64,000 nucleotides of DNA from assembly GCA_964291605.2 (NCBI GenBank), contig OZ219745.1, positions 1,250,664 through 1,314,663 on the forward strand. The letters run 5' to 3'. The notes below the pieces were generated by a model. That model was not told the DNA's origin. It saw only the letters and a program-made list of their open reading frames with translations, and did not search any database. Source of the DNA: Vicinamibacterales bacterium. GTDB lineage: Bacteria > Acidobacteriota > Vicinamibacteria > Vicinamibacterales > UBA8438. This document shows, in pieces, positions 27,061-35,203 of the stretch. The stretch's first letter is position 1. Each line of letters opens with the position of its first letter. A program made the position numbers and the translations under genes.

Positions 27061-28275
27061 TCAAGCCGCGGCCAGGGCGGCGCCTGCGTCGTCGAGCGCC
27101 AGCCGCAGGCGCCGTAGTCCTTCATCGATGTCCTCGTCGGAGATGTTGAGCGGCGGCAGCAGCCGGACGACGGTGCCCGCGGTGCGGTTGATCACCAGGC
27201 CGCGCGCGAGAGCGCAATCCACGGCGAGGTCCGCCACCGTTCGGTCTACCTCGAGGCCCCACATGAGACCGTCCCCCCGCACTTCGTGGACCGCGCCGCT
27301 GGCCCCCACGAACGCGTCGAGTCCCTGCCGGACGCGGTGCCCGGCGGCGGCGACCCGCTCGAGCAGGCCGTTCGCGAGCGCATCGAGGAAGACGAGGGCG
27401 GCACGGCACGCCAGGAGGTTGCCGCCGTACGTAGTGCCGTGATCGCCGAACGCCACCGCTGCCGCCACCGCTTCGCTCATGAGCGCGGCGGCGACGGGAA
27501 ACCCGCTCCCGAGGGACTTGCCGACCGGGATCAGGTCCGGCGTCAGCCCGAGGGCCGTGCTGTAGAGCGGCCTTCCCGTGCGCCCGAGGCCGCATTGCAC
27601 CTCGTCGGCGATGAGCAGCGTTCCCGTAGCCTCGCAGACCTCGGCGACTGCCGCTGCCGTCGCCGCCGGGATCGGCCGCACCCCGCCCTCGCCTTGAATC
27701 GGCTCGAGAATGACGGCCGCGGTTCGGTCCGTGACGGCGTCGCGCACGCCTTCCGGATCGGATGTCGAAACGAACCGCACGCCGGGCACCAGCGGCGCGA
27801 ACGGCGTCCGGTACGGCTCGCCGGCCGTTACGGAGAGGGAACCGAACGTCCGTCCGTGGAACGCCCCCTCGAAAGCCACGATCTCGTACCGGTCGTGCGC
27901 GCCGCGCGTCCGCCAGTAACGGCGGGCGAACTTCAGGCACGCCTCCACGGCCTCGGTCCCGCTGTTGCAGAAGAACGCGCGGGGCAACCCCGACAGGCGC
28001 GCCAGGCGCTGGGCCACCTCGCCCTGCAGCGGGTGGAAGAACAGGTTGGACGTGTGCAGCAACTCGCCTGCCTGGGCGGTGAGCGCCGCCGCGAGTTCCG
28101 GAGGAGCGTGTCCCAGCGAGGCGACCCCGATCCCGGAGAGCAGGTCGATGTACTCGCGTCCTTCCGTATCGATCAGGCGCGATCCGCTGCCGCGCACGAA
28201 CACCACCGGGTGCCGCTTGTAGTTCTGCAGCACGTGCGCGGTCTCGACCGCCTTGATCGCCTCTGCCCTCGTCAT
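27061..28275 (-). CDS. argD: acetylornithine aminotransferase
   Basis: MTRAEAIKAVETAHVLQNYKRHPVVFVRGSGSRLIDTEGREYIDLLSGIGV, ILEPIQGEGG, ADEVQCGLGRTG, PDLIPVGKSLG. ATG at 28275 overlaps the argB stop as ATGA. Confidence 0.9.
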   Translation of the reverse strand: MTRAEAIKAVETAHVLQNYKRHPVVFVRGSGSRLIDTEGREYIDLLSGIGVASLGHAPPELAAALTAQAGELLHTSNLFFHPLQGEVAQRLARLSGLPRAFFCNSGTEAVEACLKFARRYWRTRGAHDRYEIVAFEGAFHGRTFGSLSVTAGEPYRTPFAPLVPGVRFVSTSDPEGVRDAVTDRTAAVILEPIQGEGGVRPIPAATAAAVAEVCEATGTLLIADEVQCGLGRTGRPLYSTALGLTPDLIPVGKSLGSGFPVAAALMSEAVAAAVAFGDHGTTYGGNLLACRAALVFLDALANGLLERVAAAGHRVRQGLDAFVGASGAVHEVRGDGLMWGLEVDRTVADLAVDCALARGLVINRTAGTVVRLLPPLNISDEDIDEGLRRLRLALDDAGAALAAA

Positions 28276-29150
28276 CGTCCTCCCTCGCGCGCCGTCCCGG
28301 CGCCGCGCCGCGATCGGGGCCCCGTTGCGCCGACCACGACGGTTCCCGACGCCCGAGACCGTCCGGCTGGGCGCTCGAACACCCCACGCCGCGCCCGCCT
28401 GCCGTCTACGATGGCGACCTCGCCGGCGCCGCCCGCGAGCGCGGCCCGGCAGGCGAGCAGCTTGGCCACCATGCCGGCGCTGGCCTGCCCGCCGGCAATC
28501 AGCATGTCGATTCCGCCATCGTCCACGGTGGGAATCGTCCGCCCGGCGGCGTCGAGCACGCCCGCCGTCGCACCGGCGATGACCAGCCGCCGCGCCCCGA
28601 TTCGGGCCGCCAGAAACCCGGCCAGTGTATCGGCGTTGACGTTGAAGATCTGTCCCCCGGCGCCGACTCCCAGACTGGCCACGACCGGCACGTAGCCGGC
28701 CGCCAGCAGGTCGATCAGCAACGCGGGAGGTCCCGTGCCTGCCGGCCGCCCGACGAATCCGAGGTCGACCTCTGTCCCGTCCGCCGCCCGGTAGCGCCGT
28801 TCGCGTCGTACCCGGACCAGGCCGCCATCGGCACCGGTAAGGCCGACCGCGGCGGCTCCCGCCGCGCCGAGCGCGGCTACCAGACGCGTGTTGACGCGGC
28901 CCGCCAGCACCCCGGTCACCACGTCCAGGGTCGGGCCGTCGGTGATGCGCAATCCGTCGACGGCGCGCTTGGGGATGCCGTGGCATGCCATGTCGGCGTC
29001 GACCTCCCGACCGCCGCCGTGCACCACCACCAGTGGCTCGGTATCCGCCACGTGAGCCAGCGCGCGCGCGAGCCGGCGGAGCCGTACCGGCTCCTCCAGC
29101 AGCTCGCCGCCGAGCTTGATGACCGCCGGCGGCCGGCGCCGCGCCGTCAC
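28272..29150 (-). CDS. argB: acetylglutamate kinase
   Basis: VIKLGGELL, VVVHGGG, GLRITD, FNVNADT. GTG at 29150 overlaps the argC stop as GTGA. The rest of ORF 28272..29801 is out-of-frame argC. Confidence 0.88.
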   Translation of the reverse strand: MTARRRPPAVIKLGGELLEEPVRLRRLARALAHVADTEPLVVVHGGGREVDADMACHGIPKRAVDGLRITDGPTLDVVTGVLAGRVNTRLVAALGAAGAAAVGLTGADGGLVRVRRERRYRAADGTEVDLGFVGRPAGTGPPALLIDLLAAGYVPVVASLGVGAGGQIFNVNADTLAGFLAARIGARRLVIAGATAGVLDAAGRTIPTVDDGGIDMLIAGGQASAGMVAKLLACRAALAGGAGEVAIVDGRRARRGVFERPAGRSRASGTVVVGATGPRSRRGAGTAREGGR

Positions 29151-30136
29151 CGCAGCCCCTCGCGCTCGTCCAACCCGCAGGCTACGTTGAAGCTCTGGAG
29201 CGCCTGCCCGGCGGCTCCCTTCACCAGGTTGTCCAGGCAGCACACCAGCACCAACCGGCCGCCGTCGACCCGCCAGCCGATGTCGCAGAAGTTGGTGTGC
29301 GCCACGTGTTTGATTTCGGGAGGGCGCTCGCCGGTGAGCCGCACGAACGGAGACCCGTCGTAGGTCTTCGCGTACGCCGCGCCAATCGTCTCCGCCGTCA
29401 CGCCGGGGCCCAGGCGTGTGTAGATCGTCTCGAGGATGCCGCGGTCGAGCGGTACGAGGTGGGGGACGAACGTCACCGGGCGCGTCAGCTCCTGTTCGAT
29501 CTCGGCGCCGTGACGGTGGGCGAAGATGCCGTACGCGGCGATGCTGCCGTGCACCTCGGAAAAGTGCGTGCGCGGGCTCGGCTTCTTGCCGGCTCCCGAG
29601 ACACCCGACTTGGCGTCGATGTAGATGTCCGCGTCCGCCGCGAGCAGGCCGCCCTCGACGAGCGGCTTCAGGGCGAGGAGCGCTCCGGTCGGATAACAGC
29701 CGGGACAGGCGACCAGCCCGGCGGCGGGCAACACGTCGCGGTTCCATTCCGTCAGCCCGTAGGCAGCCGTCCGTTCGAGCCCGGGGCTCGCCGGGTACCA
29801 CCTCCGGCGCGCGCCGGCATCCCGCAGGCGAAAAGCGCCCGACAGATCGAAGACCCGGCGTCCGCGGTCGAGCAACGCGGGGGCGAGCTCGGCGCTGACC
29901 GTGTCCGGCAGGCCGAGGAACACCACGTCGGCCCGATCGGCCAGCGCGTCGAGCGAGAAGGGCTCGATGCGCCCGTCCCAGATCCCCGCGAGCGCGGGAA
30001 GCTCCTGTGCGCCGTCGCCGGCGCCCGAGCTCATGGCGACGGTCACGTCGACCTCGGAGTGGCGCGCCGCCAGGCGCAGCAACTCCTGACCGCCGTAACC
30101 GGTCGCGCCGGCAATCCCGATACGGATGGTGGACAT
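29147..30136 (-). CDS. argC: N-acetyl-gamma-glutamyl-phosphate reductase
   Basis: IRIGIAGATGYGGQELLRL, active-site context ACPGCYPTG, LVKGAAGQALQ. Confidence 0.9.
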   Translation of the reverse strand: MSTIRIGIAGATGYGGQELLRLAARHSEVDVTVAMSSGAGDGAQELPALAGIWDGRIEPFSLDALADRADVVFLGLPDTVSAELAPALLDRGRRVFDLSGAFRLRDAGARRRWYPASPGLERTAAYGLTEWNRDVLPAAGLVACPGCYPTGALLALKPLVEGGLLAADADIYIDAKSGVSGAGKKPSPRTHFSEVHGSIAAYGIFAHRHGAEIEQELTRPVTFVPHLVPLDRGILETIYTRLGPGVTAETIGAAYAKTYDGSPFVRLTGERPPEIKHVAHTNFCDIGWRVDGGRLVLVCCLDNLVKGAAGQALQSFNVACGLDEREGLR

Positions 30137-30163
30137 GAGTCGCTCGGAGCCTTCCCTGCTGGC

Positions 30164-30199
30164 TGTATAATTATGCGCCGAAAAGATTAATTATACGCA
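30164..30199. promoter_or_regulatory. pair of ARG-box-like operators (inverted GTATAATTA repeats) in the argC/argR divergent region
   Basis: TGTATAATTATGCGC at 30164..30178. GTATAATTA (30165..30173) and its reverse complement TAATTATAC (30188..30196) form a perfect 9-bp inverted repeat. This AT-rich island sits in GC-rich DNA and resembles the ARG-box pattern TGAATwwwwATTCA. Confidence 0.5.
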
Positions 30200-30295
30200 C
30201 ACGCTTGCGGTCGAGTCAACCGCGCGGCACGGCGAGTGCCCCAAAGAAAACGGTTGCATCGGTTCGCCATCGCGTTGCGCGGCCGTTTCCGGCCG

Positions 30296-30330
30296 TGTAT
30301 ACTGATGCGCCCTCGTGAATATTTATGAAG
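30296..30330. promoter_or_regulatory. two further ARG-box-like sites overlapping the argR start
   Basis: TGTATACTGATGCGC (30296..30310) is a direct repeat of 30164..30178, differing at 2 positions. GTGAATATTTATGAAG (30315..30330) is close to the TGAAT-N4-ATTCA type. Confidence 0.45.
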
Positions 30331-30791
30331 CGCTACCGGCAGTCCGCCATTCTCGATCTCGTGTCGCACGAAGCCATCTGCAGCCAGGACGCGTTTTGCG
30401 CAAGCGCGGCTTTCACGCCACGCAGGCCACGATCTCGCGCGATATAAAGGAGCTTCAGCTCGTCAAGCGCGCGAGCGACGGTGCGTATGAACGGTCCGGC
30501 GCCACCGAGGGCGCACGCGGGCTGGCGGACGCCGCCCTGCGCCGGGCGATCGTGGAGTACCTGCGCCGAGTCGATCTGGTGCAGCAGTTGCTGGTGCTGC
30601 GAACCGATCCGGGGTTGGCGCAACCGCTGGCGCTGGCGATAGACAACGCCGAGATGGCGGAGGTGGTCGGTACCGTGGCCGGCGACGACACCATCCTGGT
30701 GATCACCCGCCACGCGCGGGCCGGCCGCGAAGTGACGCGGCTGTTCGAAGGCTGGGCCATGGACGACCGCGCGTATCCACGCCGGACCTAG
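30315..30791 (+). CDS. argR: arginine repressor ArgR, with the N-terminal helix encoded in a different frame (apparent frameshift near 30391-30397)
   Basis: This frame gives LRKRGFHATQATISRDIKELQLVK and a C-terminal oligomerisation domain (GTVAGDDTILVI). The conserved N-terminus MKRYRQSAILDLVSHEAICSQDA is read from ATG 30325 in the +1 frame and stops at about 30444. Confidence 0.75.
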   Translation: MNIYEALPAVRHSRSRVARSHLQPGRVLRKRGFHATQATISRDIKELQLVKRASDGAYERSGATEGARGLADAALRRAIVEYLRRVDLVQQLLVLRTDPGLAQPLALAIDNAEMAEVVGTVAGDDTILVITRHARAGREVTRLFEGWAMDDRAYPRRT

Positions 30792-30861
30792 CAGTCTGCG
30801 CCGTGGAACGGCGCAGACTGCTGGAGAGGGCTGGTTGGGCGGCAATCGGAGCCGCAGGCGA
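30792..30861 (+). repeat. intergenic repeat copy 1: 12-bp perfect hairpin plus a conserved 34-nt box
   Basis: CAGTCTGCGCCG-tggaa-CGGCGCAGACTG, then GGGCTGGTTGGGCGGCAATCGGAGCCGCAGGCGA. Near-identical copy at 35136..35203 and a partial copy at 36365..36390. Confidence 0.8.
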
Positions 30862-30902
30862 CGATTGTCGGGCGAGTTCCCGCGGACGGAGGAGAATCAG
30901 GC

Positions 30903-32135
30903 ATGGAACGGATCGTGTTGGCGTACTCGGGCGGGCTGGATACTTCGGTGGCGGTCAAGTGGCTCGCCGACCGCTACGACGCCGAGATCGTGGCGGCCAC
31001 CATCGACCTGGGTCAGGGCAAGGAACTCGACGACGTGCGCGAGCGCGCCCTGGCGGTCGGCGCCGTGCGCGCCCACGTCATCGACGCGCGGGAGGAGTTC
31101 GCGCAGGAGTACATCCTGCCGGCGCTGCAGGCGGGGGCCATCTACGAAGGCAGGTACCCCCTCGCGACGGCGCTCGGACGCCCGCTGATCGCGAAGAAGC
31201 TCGTCGAGATCGCCGACATGGAAGACGCCGGCATGATCGCGCACGGATGCACCGGCAAGGGCAACGACCAGGTGCGCATGGACGTGTCGGCGCGCGCCCT
31301 GAATCCGAAGCTCAAGGTGGTTGCGCCGGCCCGCGTCTGGGGCATGACCCGCCCCGAGGAGATCGCCTACGCCCGCGAGCACGGCATCCCGGTTCCCGCT
31401 TCGGTCGACAGCCCGTACAGCACGGACTCGAATCTCTGGGGCAAGTCGATCGAGTGCGGTGTGCTGGAAGACCCGTGGTGCGAGCCGCCGGAGGACATCT
31501 ACACGCTCACGAAATCGCCGGCCGGCGCGCCCGATGCGCCCGCCTACGTCGAGGTCGAGTTCGAGCGCGGGGTTCCGATCAAGGTCAACGGCGTGGCGAT
31601 GCCCCTGACCGAGCTGATCAACTCCCTCGAAACGATAGCCGGCGCGCACGGCGTCGGGCGCATCGACATGGTCGAGAACCGCCTGGTCGGCATCAAGTCG
31701 CGGGAGATCTACGAAGCGCCCGCGGCGACGGTGCTGCACGTTGCGCACCGCGAGCTCGAGGCGCTGGTAATCCCCCGCGACCTCGAACGGATCAAGGCCG
31801 GGCTGTCCCGCACCTACGCCGATCTCGTCTACGACGGGCTGTGGTTCTCGCCGACCCGCGAGGCCATCGATGCGTTCGTCGCCAACGTGCAACAGCACGT
31901 CAGCGGCACCGTGCGGTTGAAGCTGTCGAAGGGCGACTGCCGGGTCGTGGGCCGCAAGTCGCCCGCGTCGCTCTACGACACTGCCCTGGCCACCTACGAC
32001 GAGGGCGACAAGTTCGACCACGCTGCGGCCGAGGGCTTCATCGAGATCTGGGGCCTGCCGGTCGCCAACGCGGCGAGCAAGCGGCGGGCGGCCGGGGTCG
32101 GGACCCCGGAGCCGGCAGGTCCTTCGACCACATGA
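30903..32135 (+). CDS. argG: argininosuccinate synthase
   Basis: VLAYSGGLDTSV, AHGCTGKGNDQVR, NLWGKSIE, RIDMVENRLVGIKSREIYE. Confidence 0.92.
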   Translation: MERIVLAYSGGLDTSVAVKWLADRYDAEIVAATIDLGQGKELDDVRERALAVGAVRAHVIDAREEFAQEYILPALQAGAIYEGRYPLATALGRPLIAKKLVEIADMEDAGMIAHGCTGKGNDQVRMDVSARALNPKLKVVAPARVWGMTRPEEIAYAREHGIPVPASVDSPYSTDSNLWGKSIECGVLEDPWCEPPEDIYTLTKSPAGAPDAPAYVEVEFERGVPIKVNGVAMPLTELINSLETIAGAHGVGRIDMVENRLVGIKSREIYEAPAATVLHVAHRELEALVIPRDLERIKAGLSRTYADLVYDGLWFSPTREAIDAFVANVQQHVSGTVRLKLSKGDCRVVGRKSPASLYDTALATYDEGDKFDHAAAEGFIEIWGLPVANAASKRRAAGVGTPEPAGPSTT

Positions 32136-33526
32136 GCGACGAGTCGCACCTCTGGTCGGGCCGGTTCGAGAGTGCTCCCGACGAGGAGGTGTTTCGCTTC
32201 CAGGCCTCGTTCGGGTTCGACCGGCGACTGTTCGAGGACGACATCGAGGGCAGCCTTGCGTGGGCGGAGGCGTTGGCCGCGGCCGGGGTGCTGTCATCTG
32301 CGGACGCCGGCTCCATTCGCAACGCGCTGATCGAGATTCGCCGGGCCGGGCGGGACGACCCGGGGTTCGTCGCGGGGCCCGACGAGGACGTGCACGCGTT
32401 CGTCGAGCGGCAGCTCGTCGATCGTCTCGGGGACGTCGGGCGCCGGCTCCACACCGGCCGCTCGCGCAACGAGCAGGTCTCGCTGGACCTTCGCCTGTAC
32501 CTGCGCCGCCGGCTTCCGGTCCTGCAGCGCGAGGTCGTCGCGCTGGTCGCCGCACTGGCGGACCGTGCAACCGCGGCGGGGCAGGCGATGATGCCGGCGT
32601 ACACGCATCTGCGACGCGCCCAGCCGGTACTGGTCGCCCATTTCGTGCTGGCCCACGCCGCGGCGTTCCAACGCGACCATGCGCGGTTGGGCGCCGCCGG
32701 CGGGGAGGCCGATGCGATGCCGCTCGGGTCCGGCGCGGTGGCGGGTACGAGCTACGCGGTCGACACGGCCGCGCTGGCCCGGCGCCTCGGTTTCTCCCGC
32801 GTGGTGGCCAACAGTATCGACGCGGCGGCCGACCGTGATTTCGTGGCGACCACGTTGCATGCTTGCGCGCTGGTCATGGTGCACGTCAGCCGGTTGGCAG
32901 AGGATCTCATCCTGTTCACCAGCGAGGAGTTCGGATACTTCGAGCTGCACGACCGGGTGGCGACCGGCAGCAGCCTGATGCCGCAGAAGAAGAACCCCGA
33001 TCCGCTGGAGCTGGTGCGGGGCAAGAGCGGCCGCGTGATCGGCCGTCTTACCGGCTGGCTGACGACGATGAAGGGGCTTCCGAGCGGCTACAACAAGGAC
33101 CTGCAGGAGGACAAGGAGGCGGTCTTCGACGCCGAGGACCAGGTGCTGGGATCGCTGCGCGCCACGACCGCGGTAGTGGAGAGCATCGAGGCGCGGCCGG
33201 CGCGTTCCGAGGCCGGGGCGGGCGGCATGCTGCTGGCGACAGACGTGGCCGACTACCTGGTCGAGCGCGGCGTGCCGTTCCGGCGCGCCCACGAGATAGT
33301 GGGCGGCATGGTGCGCGACCTGCTCGCGCAAGGGCGCGATTTCGGTTCGCTCGGGCCCGACGAGTGGCGGGGCTATGACGCCCGCTTCGAGGCCGACGCG
33401 GGCGCCCGGATAACGAGCCGCGCATCGATCGGCGCACGGCGGACGCCGCAGTCCACCGCTCCCGGGCCGGTCGCGAACGCGCTGGCCGCGGTTCGCGCCT
33501 GGATCGGCGAGCACGGGGGGCGGTAG
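32132..33526 (+). CDS. argH: argininosuccinate lyase
   Basis: ATG at 32132 overlaps the argG stop as ATGA. LWSGRFE, HTGRSRNEQV, GSSLMPQKKNPD signature. The upstream 440 codons of ORF 30803..33526 are out-of-frame argG. Confidence 0.92.
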   Translation: MSDESHLWSGRFESAPDEEVFRFQASFGFDRRLFEDDIEGSLAWAEALAAAGVLSSADAGSIRNALIEIRRAGRDDPGFVAGPDEDVHAFVERQLVDRLGDVGRRLHTGRSRNEQVSLDLRLYLRRRLPVLQREVVALVAALADRATAAGQAMMPAYTHLRRAQPVLVAHFVLAHAAAFQRDHARLGAAGGEADAMPLGSGAVAGTSYAVDTAALARRLGFSRVVANSIDAAADRDFVATTLHACALVMVHVSRLAEDLILFTSEEFGYFELHDRVATGSSLMPQKKNPDPLELVRGKSGRVIGRLTGWLTTMKGLPSGYNKDLQEDKEAVFDAEDQVLGSLRATTAVVESIEARPARSEAGAGGMLLATDVADYLVERGVPFRRAHEIVGGMVRDLLAQGRDFGSLGPDEWRGYDARFEADAGARITSRASIGARRTPQSTAPGPVANALAAVRAWIGEHGGR

Positions 33527-33555
33527 CCGCTGACGCGGAAGGGCGCGGACGTGGT

Positions 33556-33584
33556 TTGCTCGCATTTGCCGGCTCTGCTAGACT
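33556..33584 (+). promoter_or_regulatory. sigma70-like promoter TTGCTC-N17-TAGACT
   Basis: Read directly from the sequence. It lies about 70 nt upstream of ORF 33657, which has a GGGGGA Shine-Dalgarno-like element 6 nt before its ATG. Confidence 0.4.
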
Positions 33585-33656
33585 CGCCCCCTTGCGCGCC
33601 GGGTTTGTTCGGTCCCGCCTTTCTCTAACGGCGTTCTGATTGCTCGGGGGAACCAG

Positions 33657-34076
33657 ATGGGGCAGCGGCAGGTCCGCGAGGGTGACACTGTGGACGACGG
33701 TTCGCGCGAAGAGCAGGTGATGAGACAACCGGTTGCCGATGCCGGGGACCAAACCCGAGACGCCGAACGAGAAGGGTCCGTTCGCAGGCCCTTGATCCGG
33801 GCCACGCTGAAGCACCCGGATGGCACGCCGCCCCCGCCCCGCGAGCCGCCCTTGTTCACGATGCACCAGCAGACGGGCGCCGACGGCTCGGATGCCCCAC
33901 CGGCCAACAGGAAGCAGGGCCGGGGGCGCGGCGGCCAGTCCCGCTCGTCCAGCGATCGTCGGTACGCCGGCGGCGCACAGGGCAACAATCGATCCTCGGG
34001 CAACCAGGCGCAGCGCGAGGCACGCCCGGGCTCCAAGTCGCGGTCGTCCCGGCGCGGTCGAGGCCGGTCCCGGTGA
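33657..34076 (+). CDS. possible small, highly basic, disordered R/G/S-rich protein
   Basis: 139-aa ORF with mostly G/C third positions, an RBS and a promoter-like element. It ends TGATGA 7 nt before the fabI ATG. C-terminus ..GRGRGGQSRSSSDRR..SKSRSSRRGRGRSR. No homolog recognised. Confidence 0.35.
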   Translation: MGQRQVREGDTVDDGSREEQVMRQPVADAGDQTRDAEREGSVRRPLIRATLKHPDGTPPPPREPPLFTMHQQTGADGSDAPPANRKQGRGRGGQSRSSSDRRYAGGAQGNNRSSGNQAQREARPGSKSRSSRRGRGRSR

Positions 34077-34085
34077 TGACGCCGC

Positions 34086-34862
34086 ATGGGTGAGCTCGCC
34101 GGAAAGAACGGCCTGATCGTCGGGGTTGCCAACAAGCGTTCACTGGCCTGGGCCATAGCCCGCGCCGCGGACGAGGCCGGTGCCCGGCTGACCCTCAGCT
34201 ACGCCAACGAGCGGTTCGAGTCCAACGCCCGCAAGCTGGCCGACACCCTGATTGCCTCCCCGCAGCTCGTGTCCTGTGACGTGACCGACGACGGGGCGGT
34301 CACGGACTTGTGCCGACGGGTCGACGAAGCCCACGGCGGTCTCGACTTCCTGGTGCATGCGGTGGCGTTCGCTTCGCGCGAGGCAATCTCGGAGCCGTTC
34401 CTCGAGACCCGCCGCGCCGATTTCGCCCAGTCGCTCGATATCAGCGCCTACTCGCTCGTCGCGCTGGCCCGCGCCGCCGCGCCGCTCATGGAGCGCCGCG
34501 GCGGCGGCAGCATCGTGACGCTCACCTACCTCGGCAGCGAGCGCGTGTTTCCGCACTACAACGTCATGGGCGTCGCGAAGGCCGCGCTCGAGGCGACCGT
34601 GCGATACCTGGCGAACGACCTCGGGCCCCGGAACATCCGCGTCAACGCCATCTCCGCGGGACCCATCAAGACCCTGGCGGCCTCGGGAATCCCCGAGTTC
34701 AGCCGTATCCTGCAGCATTACCGGGAGAGTGCGCCGATCGGCCGCACCGTAGATGCCGACGAGGTGGCCGCCGCCGCGCGATTCCTGCTCGGCCCGGGCG
34801 GGCGCGGCGTCACCGGGGAGGTGCTGATGGTCGACGGCGGGTACCACGCGACCGGCATGTGA
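34086..34862 (+). CDS. fabI: enoyl-[acyl-carrier-protein] reductase (NADH)
   Basis: GKNGLIVGVANKRSLAW, YNVMGVAKAALEATVRYLA (Tyr-x6-Lys), RVNAISAGPIKT. Confidence 0.9.
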   Translation: MGELAGKNGLIVGVANKRSLAWAIARAADEAGARLTLSYANERFESNARKLADTLIASPQLVSCDVTDDGAVTDLCRRVDEAHGGLDFLVHAVAFASREAISEPFLETRRADFAQSLDISAYSLVALARAAAPLMERRGGGSIVTLTYLGSERVFPHYNVMGVAKAALEATVRYLANDLGPRNIRVNAISAGPIKTLAASGIPEFSRILQHYRESAPIGRTVDADEVAAAARFLLGPGGRGVTGEVLMVDGGYHATGM

Positions 34863-34884
34863 CGACGCCCGACGCATTCGAACC

Positions 34885-35115
34885 GTGGCGACGCTGATCC
34901 GCCGCCTGCGCGGGGCGCTTCTGCGGCTGGCCTTCAATCGGCCCGCGGCCCTGGTCGCCGGGATGGCCTGCGCAGGCGGGGCGGTCTGGCTCGCGACGAT
35001 AGATGCTCCGTGGGAGAGCTGGGTGTCGGACGGCCTGGGCCTGATAGCCGGCGCCACCGGCGCGGCGCTCATCCTGGTCGCGCTCGGCGGCCGGCGTCCC
35101 GACTGGGAGGAGTGA
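34885..35115 (+). CDS. possible small two-helix membrane protein
   Basis: 76-aa ORF with two hydrophobic stretches (AALVAGMACAGGAVWLA and GLGLIAGATGAALILVALGG). No homolog recognised. Confidence 0.4.
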   Translation: MATLIRRLRGALLRLAFNRPAALVAGMACAGGAVWLATIDAPWESWVSDGLGLIAGATGAALILVALGGRRPDWEE

Positions 35116-35135
35116 CCGCGCGCGAGTGCCAGGGT

Positions 35136-35203
35136 TCTGCGCCGTAGAACGGCGTAGACTCCCGGCGGGGGCTGGTTGGGCGGCAAGCGGAGCCGCATGG
35201 CGA
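35136..35203 (+). repeat. intergenic repeat copy 2 (hairpin with a G-U compensated stem plus the conserved box)
   Basis: TCTGCGCCG-tagaa-CGGCGTAGA, then GGGCTGGTTGGGCGGCAAGCGGAGCCGCATGGCGA. It overlaps the probable start of the next gene. Confidence 0.8.

Noticed and set aside
30803-33526. A 907-aa ORF spanning argG and argH. Similar N-terminal extensions occur on argB, argD, argJ, queC, the aminotransferase and the DUF4097 gene.
   Set aside because: Homology begins at an internal start: argH MSDESHLWSGRFE at 32132, overlapping the argG stop. The upstream parts are alternative-frame translations of neighbouring genes or intergenic DNA.
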